Assembly: GCA_043806035.1 (NCBI GenBank)
Contig: JAZDHK010000001.1
Location: forward strand, 32,001 to 96,000
Length of the DNA: 64,000 bases
Reading direction: 5' to 3'
Origin: an archaeon
Lineage (GTDB): Archaea > Nanobdellota > Nanobdellia > Woesearchaeales > UBA9642
In this document: piece after piece, positions 1-11,246 of the stretch
How positions within the stretch are numbered: position 1 is the stretch's first letter
How the letters are laid out: each line of letters begins with the position of its first letter
Position numbers and translations under genes: made by a program
Notes under the pieces: generated by a model
The model's database searches: none
Told to the model about the DNA's origin: nothing
The model's input: only the letters and a program-made list of their open reading frames with translations

Positions 1-857
1 AATCAGGCTCTGTATCACTAATCGGCGTCGACCAGAAAACCTGGTCAAGAATAACGACAGAGGCTATTGCTGAAGGCAGGATGCTTGACTCTGCAGACCA
101 GAACGTCATTGTCATTGGAGGAAAACTGGCCAGTTCCTTTTTCGACAAGCCCGTAGGCATAAACCAAATGATTACTATTGAAAGCAACGTCTTCCGAGTT
201 GTAGGCGTGCTTGATGATGACAGTACAACGATATACGCACCACTCGCCATGGCATACCAGGTGCTCGACGACAAAGAACAAGGCGTCTATGATTCCATTA
301 TCATCAAGATCAAGGATGAGGGCCAATTGGACGAGACCATTAACAAGACAGAACAAAGACTCATGCTCGTCCGTCATGTCACTGCAAAGACCCAAGACTT
401 CTCCATAACCTCAAGCAAGAAGATGCAAGAAACCCGTTCGGAGATGATGTCCTCCATGAATGCATTCTTGGTTGCTATAGCGGCAGTTTCCCTCATCGTC
501 GGCGCTGTTGGCATAGCAAATACGATGTTCACCTCAGTGCTCGAGAAGACGAAAGAAATAGGCATCATGAAGGCAATAGGCGCAAGAAACAGGGACATTC
601 TGACTATTTTCCTACTCAATGCTGCACTCATTGGCATGGTTGGTGGACTGTTGGGAGTGGTTTTTGGTATTGTGCTCTCTGGTGCATTGCCTGCACTCAT
701 GGGGGAAACAGGCATGCTTCGAGGAGGGACATTCGTTTCCCTCCATGCAATACTTATGGCACTGTCCGTCTCTGTCATCATCGGCATCGCTGCAGGCATC
801 ATCCCTGCATATCAAGCGTCAAAGCTCAAGCCAGTGGATGCGCTGCGATACGAATAA
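1..857 (+). CDS. ABC transporter permease, MacB/FtsX family (5'-truncated by window edge)
   Basis: Frame is open from the window start; GIANTMFTSVLEKTKEIGIMKAIGA and C-terminal PAYQASKLKPVDALRYE are typical FtsX/MacB permease motifs. Confidence 0.9.
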   Translation, partial: SGSVSLIGVDQKTWSRITTEAIAEGRMLDSADQNVIVIGGKLASSFFDKPVGINQMITIESNVFRVVGVLDDDSTTIYAPLAMAYQVLDDKEQGVYDSIIIKIKDEGQLDETINKTEQRLMLVRHVTAKTQDFSITSSKKMQETRSEMMSSMNAFLVAIAAVSLIVGAVGIANTMFTSVLEKTKEIGIMKAIGARNRDILTIFLLNAALIGMVGGLLGVVFGIVLSGALPALMGETGMLRGGTFVSLHAILMALSVSVIIGIAAGIIPAYQASKLKPVDALRYE

Positions 858-874
858 CTGAGTATACATTTCTG

Positions 875-2506
875 TTATGCCAGTCCCAAACTCTCCACGA
901 TGATCTTTGCATCGAATGGCGTTAGGTCGGCGTATTTCTGTCCATTGCCCAAGTACAGAATTGGCTTCTTCGTCACGAAACTGACAGAGATGGCAGCACC
1001 TCCCTTGTCATCGACATCTGCCTTTGTCAAAATGATGGCATCTATGCCCACTGCCTTGTCGAACTCCTTCGCCTGCTCCACACAATCATTGCCCGTTATG
1101 GACTCACCGACAAAAATCTTCAGGTCAGGAGTGTTGACCCTAACTACCTTCTTGAGCTCTTCTATAAGATTGGCATTGCTGTGCATCCTTCCTGCCGTGT
1201 CGATAAGCACCACATCGATATTCTTCGCTTTCGCATGAGCGACTGCGTCGAATGCCACCGCCGCAGGATCCGCATGGTAGTCATGCTTGATGAGCTTGAC
1301 GTTGAGACGGTTGGCATGTTCCTCCAATTGGTGAATGGCGGCTGCCCTGAACGTGTCCGATGCTGCCATGACGCAACTATGCCCTTCCTTCTGGATCATG
1401 TGCGCGAGCTTGGCCATGCTCGTCGTCTTCCCTGAGCCGTTGACGCCTATCATGACGATGACGTACGGCAGTTGCTGTTTCTTCTTCATTTTTATTTCTG
1501 CGATGATGTCTCGCTGCTCGACATCGAACAATTGAGTGATGCTCTCCTTGAGCGTCTCGCTGATAATCTTCTCCACGCTGTGCCGTGAGATCTTCCCTTG
1601 CGTGAGTTCCGCTTTCAAGTCCATCTTAATTTTTTCAATGACTTCCACAGCGACGTTGTTCTCCAGCATGATAATTTCTAGATCCCAGAATAACTCTTCG
1701 AACTTCTCTTCCTTGAGGGTTATCTTCGTGAATGCGTCGGCGATCTTGCCGAAGAACCCTTTCTTCTCTTCTTCTTCATGCACTTTTTCTTTTTTCTGCT
1801 CGTGCTCTCGCTTGAGCAGGGCTATTTTCTCTTCACGCTGTTTTCTCTGCTCTTCCTGCAATTTTTTTTCTTCACGATCGAGCTTCGCCTCTTCCTCAAA
1901 TGCATCGAGCTCTTCCTCGACCGCTTCTGCAGCAGGAGCAATTTCGTCGCTGGGCAACGTGATGGCATTGTGCTCTTCTTCCAGTTTTGCCGCGGCCTCT
2001 CCTTCCAGCACCTTCTCCTCGACTTCCTGATCGAGATCGTGAGCAATCTGCTCGTTCAGATCCTCCTCTGTCTTCCTGCCGAAGATGCGTGCAAAGAATC
2101 CTTTCTTCTCCCGCTCTTCCTCGACATTCTCATCTTTAGGAGCTTCAATTTCGATGTAGTCAGGAGATGTGTCTTCCTGTTTTTCTTCAACAGTGTCCAG
2201 CAGTTCTTGCGCAGAGGGCTGCTTTATTTCATGCGGGAGACACTCTGCTTTGAGCGGCTCTCCTTGCACGGCATTGATCAGCTCTTGCGCTGACGGCGCA
2301 GGTTTCTTTTCAGGATGCTTGCGAATGTCTGTATGTTTTTCTTCATGCTTTGGGGCTGTTTTCTCTTCGGGCTGCTTTATCGCCACGTGTTTCTTCTCAG
2401 GGGGTGTTTCCTCTTCGCTGACCTTCTCGACGGTCGCTTCTTTCTCCACTGCTTTCGTGAACTTGCCGAGCGTCTTTTTGAGCGCCTCCTTGAAGAATCC
2501 GAACAT
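875..2506 (-). CDS. ftsY: Signal recognition particle receptor FtsY with long acidic N-terminal region
   Basis: GVNGSGKTT, DTFRAAA, DTAGR, TKAD, GGAAIS, GNGQKY motifs; archaeal aIF6-pfdA-ftsY gene order. Confidence 0.97.
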   Translation of the reverse strand: MFGFFKEALKKTLGKFTKAVEKEATVEKVSEEETPPEKKHVAIKQPEEKTAPKHEEKHTDIRKHPEKKPAPSAQELINAVQGEPLKAECLPHEIKQPSAQELLDTVEEKQEDTSPDYIEIEAPKDENVEEEREKKGFFARIFGRKTEEDLNEQIAHDLDQEVEEKVLEGEAAAKLEEEHNAITLPSDEIAPAAEAVEEELDAFEEEAKLDREEKKLQEEQRKQREEKIALLKREHEQKKEKVHEEEEKKGFFGKIADAFTKITLKEEKFEELFWDLEIIMLENNVAVEVIEKIKMDLKAELTQGKISRHSVEKIISETLKESITQLFDVEQRDIIAEIKMKKKQQLPYVIVMIGVNGSGKTTSMAKLAHMIQKEGHSCVMAASDTFRAAAIHQLEEHANRLNVKLIKHDYHADPAAVAFDAVAHAKAKNIDVVLIDTAGRMHSNANLIEELKKVVRVNTPDLKIFVGESITGNDCVEQAKEFDKAVGIDAIILTKADVDDKGGAAISVSFVTKKPILYLGNGQKYADLTPFDAKIIVESLGLA

Positions 2507-2904
2507 CAGCCATCACCTGGTGTCAGAGAGGCATCGAGCTTTTGCGCCTGCTCTACAAGTTCGTTGAACTGCATAACCAGCTTTTCCTTGTACGCGGCCA
2601 TCTCCGCATGCTGCTTGAGGATGAGTATCTTGACGTCTTCGATGGACTTCTCGACGACGGTATTGCTGCCCACATTCACCAGCACGGACTCGCTGCCGAG
2701 CAGCGTCGCCTTGGCAAAGACCCCATTGATGACGCTCACCAGCAGCTCATCGCCTTTCTTGAGCTTGCTGAACTCGTCGATGTGTTTGAGCGTGCCTTGC
2801 ATCTCAGCAATTTGCTCGTCCACCTGCTGCAATGCCTGCTCGATCTGCTTCATCTGCAGGTCTATGGTCTGAATCTGGAAGATGTGTTCCTTGTTGAGTT
2901 CCAT
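2506..2904 (-). CDS. pfdA: Prefoldin subunit alpha
   Basis: Coiled-coil arms flanking ELLVSVINGVFAKA...VLVNVGSNTVVEKS; lies between aIF6 and ftsY; start set at MELNKE. Confidence 0.9.
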   Translation of the reverse strand: MELNKEHIFQIQTIDLQMKQIEQALQQVDEQIAEMQGTLKHIDEFSKLKKGDELLVSVINGVFAKATLLGSESVLVNVGSNTVVEKSIEDVKILILKQHAEMAAYKEKLVMQFNELVEQAQKLDASLTPGDG

Positions 2905-2905
2905 G

Positions 2906-3574
2906 CTATCCCTCCGTGAACCCGAATGCCTGTTCTGCATTGACGAGTTCTGGGCCTCCGGACATGGCGCCAATGACCAGACCGTGCCTGTTCACGAGTA
3001 CCCCGCTGCTGATATAGGCATTGCCGAAATTGACCGTGCCCGTGGTTATGGGCAACTTGAAGAGATCTGCGAGGAATGCGTACTCATCGTCGGTGATGTC
3101 GTGGCTGACGAGCATGCCTTTCCTGTTGTGGGCGGCCATACTGCCGATGCTGAACACGTCGGCAATCTTTGCCTGCTGCACGGGAATGTTAACGCTGTCT
3201 CTGATCTGCTGGACGAGCTCTTTGGGGAGTTCCTTATTAACTAAGGCGGCCTTGTCCGTCATGATGATGTTGTTGCCCAGGCAGGTGAATTTTGTCTTGA
3301 TGAGCTGGTAGGGGAGGTTGTACTGCTCGAGCCTTTTCAGCTCGTCTGGGAATGCGATGTCGGGTACGAGCAATGTGTGGTTGTTGCCCACAAGAAAGAC
3401 ACCCAGCATGGACGTTCCTGCAATGTTGAGCCGGTGAATGGGAACGTTGAGCTCCTTACCTATCTGCCTGGCTGCCTCTTCAGGCACGTCGTTGCCCAGC
3501 AGGCAATAGCTGTCCGTGCAGAACCCATACAGACCTATGTTGGGATTGCTGTAAAAGCTCAGGATGAGCGTCAT
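2906..3574 (-). CDS. eif6: Translation initiation factor aIF6
   Basis: NPNIGLYG, LGNNII, IGSMAAHN, GTVNFG..ISSGVLVN motifs. Confidence 0.95.
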   Translation of the reverse strand: MTLILSFYSNPNIGLYGFCTDSYCLLGNDVPEEAARQIGKELNVPIHRLNIAGTSMLGVFLVGNNHTLLVPDIAFPDELKRLEQYNLPYQLIKTKFTCLGNNIIMTDKAALVNKELPKELVQQIRDSVNIPVQQAKIADVFSIGSMAAHNRKGMLVSHDITDDEYAFLADLFKLPITTGTVNFGNAYISSGVLVNRHGLVIGAMSGGPELVNAEQAFGFTEG

Positions 3575-3682
3575 GTGCAAGAGGGATTTATGGGGGTTTA
3601 AAAAGGTTTATGTTGGTTTGTGCTTTCAGAGAAGTCGCAAAATCTGAAAGATTATTAACTCAGAACTCTTTCTCTTTCGTAT

Positions 3683-4282
3683 ATGATTGATTTGTGTCTA
3701 ACGCTGAACAACATGCTGGACAACGTAGAAGAGTCTCGTCTTGTGCACTTTGACTGGATACTTCCTGCAGCGATCGTTGGCTGTCCTTCCCGTAGTGTTT
3801 GGAAGCCGCCGCAACGATATGACTTTCCGCCTGCTGATTACGAACCATATATTGATCTTTGGGCGCAATTCGTCATTGAGCACTATGCTGGCCTTGACGA
3901 GCTGATGACCTGTATTAGGGAAACAGTTGGAGGAAAACACGGTTCGTACATTTTGAGCATGGCGCTCGAGAATGCATTCTATCACGGCAACCAGAACGAT
4001 CCGACGCTGCCCGTCACCATAAAAGCGTTTCAGGGAATAAGAGGCGTCGTTGTTAGGATACGGGATAGTGGTGTGGGATTCGACTTCAAAAAGGCAGTCG
4101 AACAACTGAAACAGATTGAACACCAAAACATACCACTCTATCTGCATCCAGAACAGGTTCCTGAAAACATGCGTTTCTTCTCAAGAAAAGGCAGAGGATT
4201 CTACGCATTCATGTACTCTTCACCAATCATTTCTTTCGAGGCAAACGGAAGTGCCGTCAACATGCTGTATTTGAAGAAATAG
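3683..4282 (+). CDS. HATPase_c (RsbW/anti-sigma-kinase-like) ATP-binding protein
   Basis: N-box ALENAFYHGN, G1 IRDSGVGFD, G2 GRG. Confidence 0.75.
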   Translation: MIDLCLTLNNMLDNVEESRLVHFDWILPAAIVGCPSRSVWKPPQRYDFPPADYEPYIDLWAQFVIEHYAGLDELMTCIRETVGGKHGSYILSMALENAFYHGNQNDPTLPVTIKAFQGIRGVVVRIRDSGVGFDFKKAVEQLKQIEHQNIPLYLHPEQVPENMRFFSRKGRGFYAFMYSSPIISFEANGSAVNMLYLKK

Positions 4283-4395
4283 TCGACGTGCATGAACGAG
4301 ATCAATCATGAGAATGTTTTGCATGCTGTATTCATAATACGTGTGTAATTGAGTTGAAGCAAAAAGTATTTATTTGAAGAGGCATTCCTTTCTTC

Positions 4396-4761
4396 ATGGC
4401 AACCCTCGCAGACAAGGTGAAGTTAGGCTGGTATGGAACCCTTGCATTCTTGTGCCTTGGAGCACTCGGCGGCATGGCCGAATATGGCATGCAGGTAAAG
4501 AAATCCTGTGTTGTCGTGCACAAGAGCTACTGGGAGAGCACATTGCTGGGAGCGCAAGGCATCATCGTCGGCAAGGACTGTTCGGACACGATGGAGAACG
4601 AATACATCATGCTCCGCTTCGCTGGAGATGACGCGAAGAAGATGCTGACGACCATTCATGAAAAGGACACGCTGTCACTGAACCTGCCATACGAAGGCAA
4701 GGATTTCTCGCTTGGGCTTTCGCACATTGACAGCCTCAACCACAAAGAGTACAGACCGTAA
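4396..4761 (+). CDS. Hypothetical protein with N-terminal membrane anchor
   Basis: 121-aa ORF with hydrophobic N-terminal helix; AT-rich promoter-like region upstream. Confidence 0.6.
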   Translation: MATLADKVKLGWYGTLAFLCLGALGGMAEYGMQVKKSCVVVHKSYWESTLLGAQGIIVGKDCSDTMENEYIMLRFAGDDAKKMLTTIHEKDTLSLNLPYEGKDFSLGLSHIDSLNHKEYRP

Positions 4762-4793
4762 ACATTAAATAGGCTTCTCTTTATAAATGAGAC

Positions 4794-5447
4794 ATGGCCT
4801 TTTGGGAAGTCATCCTTGCAGTGCTCGCCTACATTTGGCATCTCATCCTTTCCTGGCTCAACCTTTTCATCGCACCCATTCTTAACTTAGAGCTGATGTG
4901 GATCATCATTCCTATCTGGTTCTCCTGGTTTTTTGCTGAGTTCTTCCAGGAAAAGTCAGGCACGTCATATGGGAATGCCATCAGCAACGGCGTCGTCCCC
5001 GTCTTTGTAGGGCTTGACTGGACGAGATATCTTGTAAAGCTCATAACTGCAGGAGAGCTCATGTGGGGGTGGGAACTAGCAATAAAATTCTTCATCTGCT
5101 TCATCATCTTCGCGTATGGGCTTTCGGTCATCATCTATGGCATCAAAGCGAGGGCGTTCGTGCATTATTTCGGCAGGATTCGAGAAATAACGTACATACT
5201 CCTCATGATCACTCCGCTCATGTACGGCGTTGCCGAGCTGCACGGTGAGTTTTTCCTTGTCATCTTCCTCTTCTTTCCCATATGGTATTTCGTCATCGAA
5301 TGGATTGACAAAAAAATCCCCGATCCTCTTGCCGTGCGCAAAGACAGGGAAGACACAGAATCAGGACAGCCCTCTCCTTCATTTAGCCAACCTCCTCCCC
5401 AGACGAGCTTCCCTGACAAGAATCCTTTCCCTCCTTTTCCACAGTAA
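4794..5447 (+). CDS. Hypothetical multi-pass membrane protein with Pro-rich tail
   Basis: Several hydrophobic helices; C-terminal PSPSFSQPPPQ...PFPPFPQ. Confidence 0.75.
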   Translation: MAFWEVILAVLAYIWHLILSWLNLFIAPILNLELMWIIIPIWFSWFFAEFFQEKSGTSYGNAISNGVVPVFVGLDWTRYLVKLITAGELMWGWELAIKFFICFIIFAYGLSVIIYGIKARAFVHYFGRIREITYILLMITPLMYGVAELHGEFFLVIFLFFPIWYFVIEWIDKKIPDPLAVRKDREDTESGQPSPSFSQPPPQTSFPDKNPFPPFPQ

Positions 5448-5479
5448 TATTTAAGAACTAGCACTGCAAGGAAGATTCC

Positions 5480-5782
5480 ATGAGACGACTGCTGCTCGCA
5501 CTGCTCCTGCTTGCTTTCCTTGCAGGATGTGCTTCAGACAATCCACCACAGTACGCATGCACAGAACACAGTGATTGCATGCTCGTCAAGGACAATGTCG
5601 CCCATAACCAGTGCTGCCTCTGGGAAGCCATCAACGCAAACTACGAGTCTTGGCATAAAGAAAAAGTTTCTGCACGGCTGATGTGCATCAAGCCCTGCCT
5701 GCTCGACCAGAACAGCGTTGAAGCGGGCTGCTTCAACAATGTCTGCGCGGTCGTTCATCTCAAGAATAGTACAGAAGAATAA
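5480..5782 (+). CDS. Small Cys-rich lipoprotein
   Basis: Lipobox FLAGC; eight further Cys (C..HSDC, CC, C..PC, C....C). Confidence 0.7.
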   Translation: MRRLLLALLLLAFLAGCASDNPPQYACTEHSDCMLVKDNVAHNQCCLWEAINANYESWHKEKVSARLMCIKPCLLDQNSVEAGCFNNVCAVVHLKNSTEE

Positions 5783-5788
5783 AAAAAT

Positions 5789-7405
<1,617 letters not shown>

Positions 7406-7666
7406 TTAGAATTTTGCCAGGATATTCTTGAACTCGACGATGACAAACTTCTCGTTGCCTATCTCGATGTCCTCATTGTCATACCCGCCATACAGGACGT
7501 GGTCGCCTTTCTTCAGGGGAAGGTCCTTGCCGTCCTTCTGGCCGACGCTCTGGACAATTCCCTCTTTCTTCTCCTCTTTGGCGTTGTCGGGGATGTACAA
7601 TCCTCCTTGTGTCCGTTCTGCCTTTTCCAGCTTTTTGAGAATGACTCGTTCACCTATGGGTGTCAT
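7406..7666 (-). CDS. groS: Co-chaperonin GroES
   Basis: PIGERVIL...RTQGGLYIPDNAKEE...LKKGDHVLYGGY; directly upstream of groEL. Confidence 0.95.
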   Translation of the reverse strand: MTPIGERVILKKLEKAERTQGGLYIPDNAKEEKKEGIVQSVGQKDGKDLPLKKGDHVLYGGYDNEDIEIGNEKFVIVEFKNILAKF

Positions 7667-7730
7667 GTTCTCGAACCTCCTTGCACGGGAAGAGGAATGC
7701 GGAGGCATTTAAGAAATTTACGCAGAATCA

Positions 7731-7864
7731 GGCTTCGTCCTCAGAGTCTCGTGCATCCCCGAGCGAAGCAATTCACGAACAATCCAGCTACGTGCCGACT
7801 CGTATGCGGACATCTGCATACTGTGTGTGCGGAGCGGGATGCGAAAGAGATTGAGGATGGAGCC
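7731..7864 (+). repeat. 134-nt palindromic dispersed element, copy 1 (MITE/REP-like or ncRNA)
   Basis: Aligns ungapped (96/134 by hand count) with the reverse complement of 32397-32530; terminal 13-bp stem; flanked by GCAGAATCA direct repeats at 7722-7730 and 7865-7873. Confidence 0.8.
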
Positions 7865-7874
7865 GCAGAATCAC

Positions 7875-8276
7875 TCAATACTGACTTTTCTGATCACTGA
7901 CCTTCTTCGTCAAGCGGTTATACGCGTTTTTGATGATGTCCGTGAGCGATTTCATTCCCCTGATATTGATCAGCGCACCGACCTGGTTGCCTGTTTTGTT
8001 GAATAGTCCTATCTGGAGGACGGGAGCTTTTGTCGGCCCTGTCCTGTTGAACAGTCCTATCTGGACGAGCGGGCCATCGACCTCTTCTACATAGTTCATG
8101 AAGCCAGCCACCTCGAGCCCTTGTGCTCCGCCTTCAACATAATTGACGATGCCGGAAAGCATGAGGCCGTGATAGTCGGACCGGTGGTAGGCGACATTGC
8201 ATATCGCTGCAGGGGTGAAGCCTTGCGAGTTGTCATCATAACAGTTCACGATAAGGGGCAGTCCTTGGTAGCTCAT
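7875..8276 (-). CDS. Short beta-repeat protein (LA_2272-like)
   Basis: Repeats GLMLSGIVNY / GLEVAGFMNY / VQIGLFN / LQIGLFN. Confidence 0.6.
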   Translation of the reverse strand: MSYQGLPLIVNCYDDNSQGFTPAAICNVAYHRSDYHGLMLSGIVNYVEGGAQGLEVAGFMNYVEEVDGPLVQIGLFNRTGPTKAPVLQIGLFNKTGNQVGALINIRGMKSLTDIIKNAYNRLTKKVSDQKSQY

Positions 8277-8363
8277 ATTCTCACTGCTCTTCGTTAATGC
8301 ATTTGCGCATAAAAACCTTTCTGGCAAGAACTGCCTTTTCGGAAGAAGGGCAGTATATTGCGC

Positions 8364-9131
8364 TTAAGAAGCCTTTTTAAGGAGCATCACGCTAATTTCC
8401 CCAAAATGCTGCTGCTGTTCCAGGTTAATCTTGCGCTGCGTGTCCAAGTGCAGCAACGGGATGAACGTCAATACTTTGTCCGTCCTGCTCTCGCCAGGAA
8501 CGAGCATGGTGAACGTGAGCGTCTCCTGCTTTTGGGCATAGTGCTGCTCTATCCTATCATACATGCTGCCCATAAGCCCTTCAATGTCTATGTGGGCGCT
8601 CGGCAGCGTTATCTTGATCTGCCGCTTGGGAATCACGGGTTTTCTGCGGGCGTCAACCTTGAGCGCGCTTTCCAGCGCCTTGACCAGATCAAAGACAGAG
8701 ACCTTCCGCTTTCTCGGCTGAGGAGTCTTCGGATACAGCTGGATGTCCAGATCCTTGTCGATGAAAATGTGCCCGTCCTCATCAAGCTCATACGGCTCCC
8801 CTTCGTGCATGAGCTGGTCGAAATACAGCATGTCTTCTTCCAAGAACCGGGTGCTTTTCATCTTGACGAGCAAAGCAGCCGCAAGTATCATCTTGCCTGT
8901 AATCCTGAAATCGAACTCCCGTAATTGCTGGATGCGCTCCAAGAACTTCTTTGCGAGCAGCGACACGCTGATATCCCAAGGATCCATGCCTTCTGCCCGC
9001 ACGAGATCATAGATGATGTTCTGCCACGTCAATTCCTGCTCGTTGAACAGCACAGAGAATATCCTGTTATGCGGGTTGTTCGGGTCGTTGTCCAGAAGGA
9101 GCTGCTGTTCCATGGTCTCTGTTTTTGTCAT
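8364..9131 (-). CDS. scpA: Segregation and condensation protein A (kleisin)
   Basis: MDPWDISVSLLAKKFL, GKMILAAALLVKMKS, PRKRKVSVFDLVKAL, TFIPLLHL...LEQQQHFGEI. Confidence 0.92.
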   Translation of the reverse strand: MTKTETMEQQLLLDNDPNNPHNRIFSVLFNEQELTWQNIIYDLVRAEGMDPWDISVSLLAKKFLERIQQLREFDFRITGKMILAAALLVKMKSTRFLEEDMLYFDQLMHEGEPYELDEDGHIFIDKDLDIQLYPKTPQPRKRKVSVFDLVKALESALKVDARRKPVIPKRQIKITLPSAHIDIEGLMGSMYDRIEQHYAQKQETLTFTMLVPGESRTDKVLTFIPLLHLDTQRKINLEQQQHFGEISVMLLKKAS

Positions 9132-9286
9132 TGCTTTTTAAGGTTTTCTGTTGCCTGTCCAGTCCTGGGACGCCCAAGTATTTAAACTTTACGACGAGAG
9201 AACCTCCTGTGTAGGCGTGGTTTCCTTTGCTTTAGTTGTGTATTCGTTTCACAACGTTTAAATAATCTTCATCATCCGCGAGTGAC

Positions 9287-9721
9287 GTGGAGATCCCTGT
9301 CTGTGTGAACGATTCGCTTGCTGACGGCGCAGATTGCTTCATTGCCTGCGAGAACATCCTGAAGCTCGTGAAGGCGCTATATCCCATAAATGTTGCGTAC
9401 GACACAGGCCACGGTCCGGGTCTTGAGTGCAAAATGTGGTCGCCGGACAGCCTCAGCACCGCTTGCGGTCACGTTCTTGAGAACGTGGCATTCATCGCTG
9501 CAAGAATGGACGATACACTCGGTGACACCATAGATGGGATTGTGGATAATGTCATCGACTTCAGCTTCGGCTATCTCGACATGATGTCCTTCCTTCCTGA
9601 GGCAAGCGCCCAGGAAAAGTTTGACTGCATCACCAGCTATAGTGCGCGTGTAGATATGCTGGTTGATGATTTTGTACGGCTCAGAACGTGCATGTTCAAC
9701 GCCTTGCACCTCTACAATTAG
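9287..9721 (+). CDS. Hypothetical protein
   Basis: 144-aa ORF filling the gap between scpA and the DMT gene; no motif recognised. Confidence 0.45.
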   Translation: MEIPVCVNDSLADGADCFIACENILKLVKALYPINVAYDTGHGPGLECKMWSPDSLSTACGHVLENVAFIAARMDDTLGDTIDGIVDNVIDFSFGYLDMMSFLPEASAQEKFDCITSYSARVDMLVDDFVRLRTCMFNALHLYN

Positions 9722-10557
9722 AGGATGAGCAGCACCGTCCCCCCGAGCATGATGAACGTGGCGATGCTTCGTAGCAGGACGTGTTTTTCCTTGAACAATT
9801 CTCCCCCTGCAATGACGCTAAACAATATTGATATTCTGCGAAGTGGCAGCACGATGCTGACGAATGCAAGCGGCAGTGCGAGCAGGAACGCGAAATTAGA
9901 GCTGATGCCCAGAACAGATATGGTGAAGAGGTGCTTTTGTTTCACTTCCTCGAACAGTTCCTTGAAGCCGTGCTGTACCACGGAAAAGATGATCAGGAGG
10001 ACGTTGACGAAAACCCACAACCACCAGCCCAAGACGAGAGGGGGAACAGTTGCAATGCTGAATTTCTGTAGCGTAGCAACCACGCCACCAAGCGCTGCAG
10101 CGAGCACGGCAAGCAGCACGTAATGTCCTTTCACTTTCTCCTTGAAAGCGGACAGGTCAAGATTAAGTAGGAACGCCCCGCTTACGATAAGGATAATCCC
10201 CGCAATGTTCACCACGTGCAGTCGCTCATGAAGGAAGAGCATGGCAAGGATGAGCAAAAACAGTGGCGTGAGTTCCATGAGCGGGCTGGCAATGCTGATG
10301 TCCAGATGCCTGAGCGCCTTATAGTAGAAGTGGACTTCTGCGGTGAGCAAAATGCTGATGATGAAAATGATGACTATCTCTCTGAATGCTATGGGCGTGA
10401 GGATGAACGGGGCTATTAGTAGGAGAAGCAGCAACGACCACGCCCCTCGTGCAGCATTGAACGCGATACTGTGACGGTGCTGCAGGCTTTTCTTACTCAA
10501 AATGTCAACGGCAGCAAGCAGGACAGCGCTTGCAAAGATAAGCAGGAGGACATTCAT
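9718..10557 (-). CDS. EamA/DMT family transporter
   Basis: About 10 TM helices; YKALRHLDISIASPL...LFLHERL; ELFKEK. Confidence 0.88.
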   Translation of the reverse strand: MNVLLLIFASAVLLAAVDILSKKSLQHRHSIAFNAARGAWSLLLLLLIAPFILTPIAFREIVIIFIISILLTAEVHFYYKALRHLDISIASPLMELTPLFLLILAMLFLHERLHVVNIAGIILIVSGAFLLNLDLSAFKEKVKGHYVLLAVLAAALGGVVATLQKFSIATVPPLVLGWWLWVFVNVLLIIFSVVQHGFKELFEEVKQKHLFTISVLGISSNFAFLLALPLAFVSIVLPLRRISILFSVIAGGELFKEKHVLLRSIATFIMLGGTVLLIL

Positions 10558-10641
10558 GCGTCCTTCCTCAACAGCACGCTTTATATAGTTAACCGATAAC
10601 TATAAAAAAGACAGGTCTAAAGAGAGAGTTGAGGTGATATC

Positions 10642-10812
10642 GTGTCCGATACCATAATAGTGAAGTCGAAAATAAAGGAACTTGTTGGCAATTATAACGT
10701 CTCATCTGACTTTTCTGAAGAGCTCGATAAGAAGGTGAAGCTGCTCATCGCCGATGCGGTCAAGCGGGCAGAGGCAAACGGCAGGAAGACCGTGATGGGA
10801 AAGGATATATAG
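10642..10812 (+). CDS. Small histone-fold protein (DUF1931-like), 56 aa, not in ORF track
   Basis: Manual translation MSDTIIVKSKIKELVGNYNVSSDFSEELDKKVKLLIADAVKRAEANGRKTVMGKDI; RKTV..KD histone L2/alpha3 motif; SD GAGGTGA before GTG. Confidence 0.88.
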   Translation: MSDTIIVKSKIKELVGNYNVSSDFSEELDKKVKLLIADAVKRAEANGRKTVMGKDI

Positions 10813-10931
10813 ACTGAGTGTCCAGTCTGTTGTGTACAGTTGTGTATCTTGAACTAACTCCTTCAAGTCTTGCACATCAACATGATCCAAACACATTTGT
10901 TGCCATTATTTTTTTGCAGTATGCTTCCACT

Positions 10932-11246
10932 TTACATTTTTCCTGCGAGGTAGCCTATACCGAAGCCTGCTGCCTGAATGAGTCCTGCAGTTATTGTACC
11001 GATGACGCCATAGATTCCACTTGCCTTTGCTGACTCTTTTGCATTGCCGCTCATGCCGTAGCAGAATGCCCACGAGCCAATTGCTGCAGATGCTCCTCCT
11101 GCAATCATTGGTCCGTACATGAGTACGTTCCTCACCGCTTCCGGTTCGATGGGTGTGTTGTGCGCTGCTGCGTATCCTGTGAAGAGTCCGGAAACGCCTG
11201 CGCCTATGTACGATGCGGGTATTGCTCTAATCAGTAGTTCTAACAT
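10932..11246 (-). CDS. Small Gly/Ala-rich membrane protein
   Basis: Three hydrophobic helices; SD AGGTGA upstream of MLELL. Confidence 0.6.
   Translation of the reverse strand: MLELLIRAIPASYIGAGVSGLFTGYAAAHNTPIEPEAVRNVLMYGPMIAGGASAAIGSWAFCYGMSGNAKESAKASGIYGVIGTITAGLIQAAGFGIGYLAGKM

Noticed and set aside
7660-7854. Small protein family ESRASPSEAI...CGAxCERD (also in ORF 32269-32640)
   Set aside because: Similarity comes from the nucleotide repeat; starts are unrelated and the ORFs overlap real genes or promoters
8330-8354. Hairpin ACTGCCTTTTC-GGA-AGAAGGGCAGT as ncRNA
   Set aside because: Single hairpin just after the scpA stop; most simply a terminator or stability element
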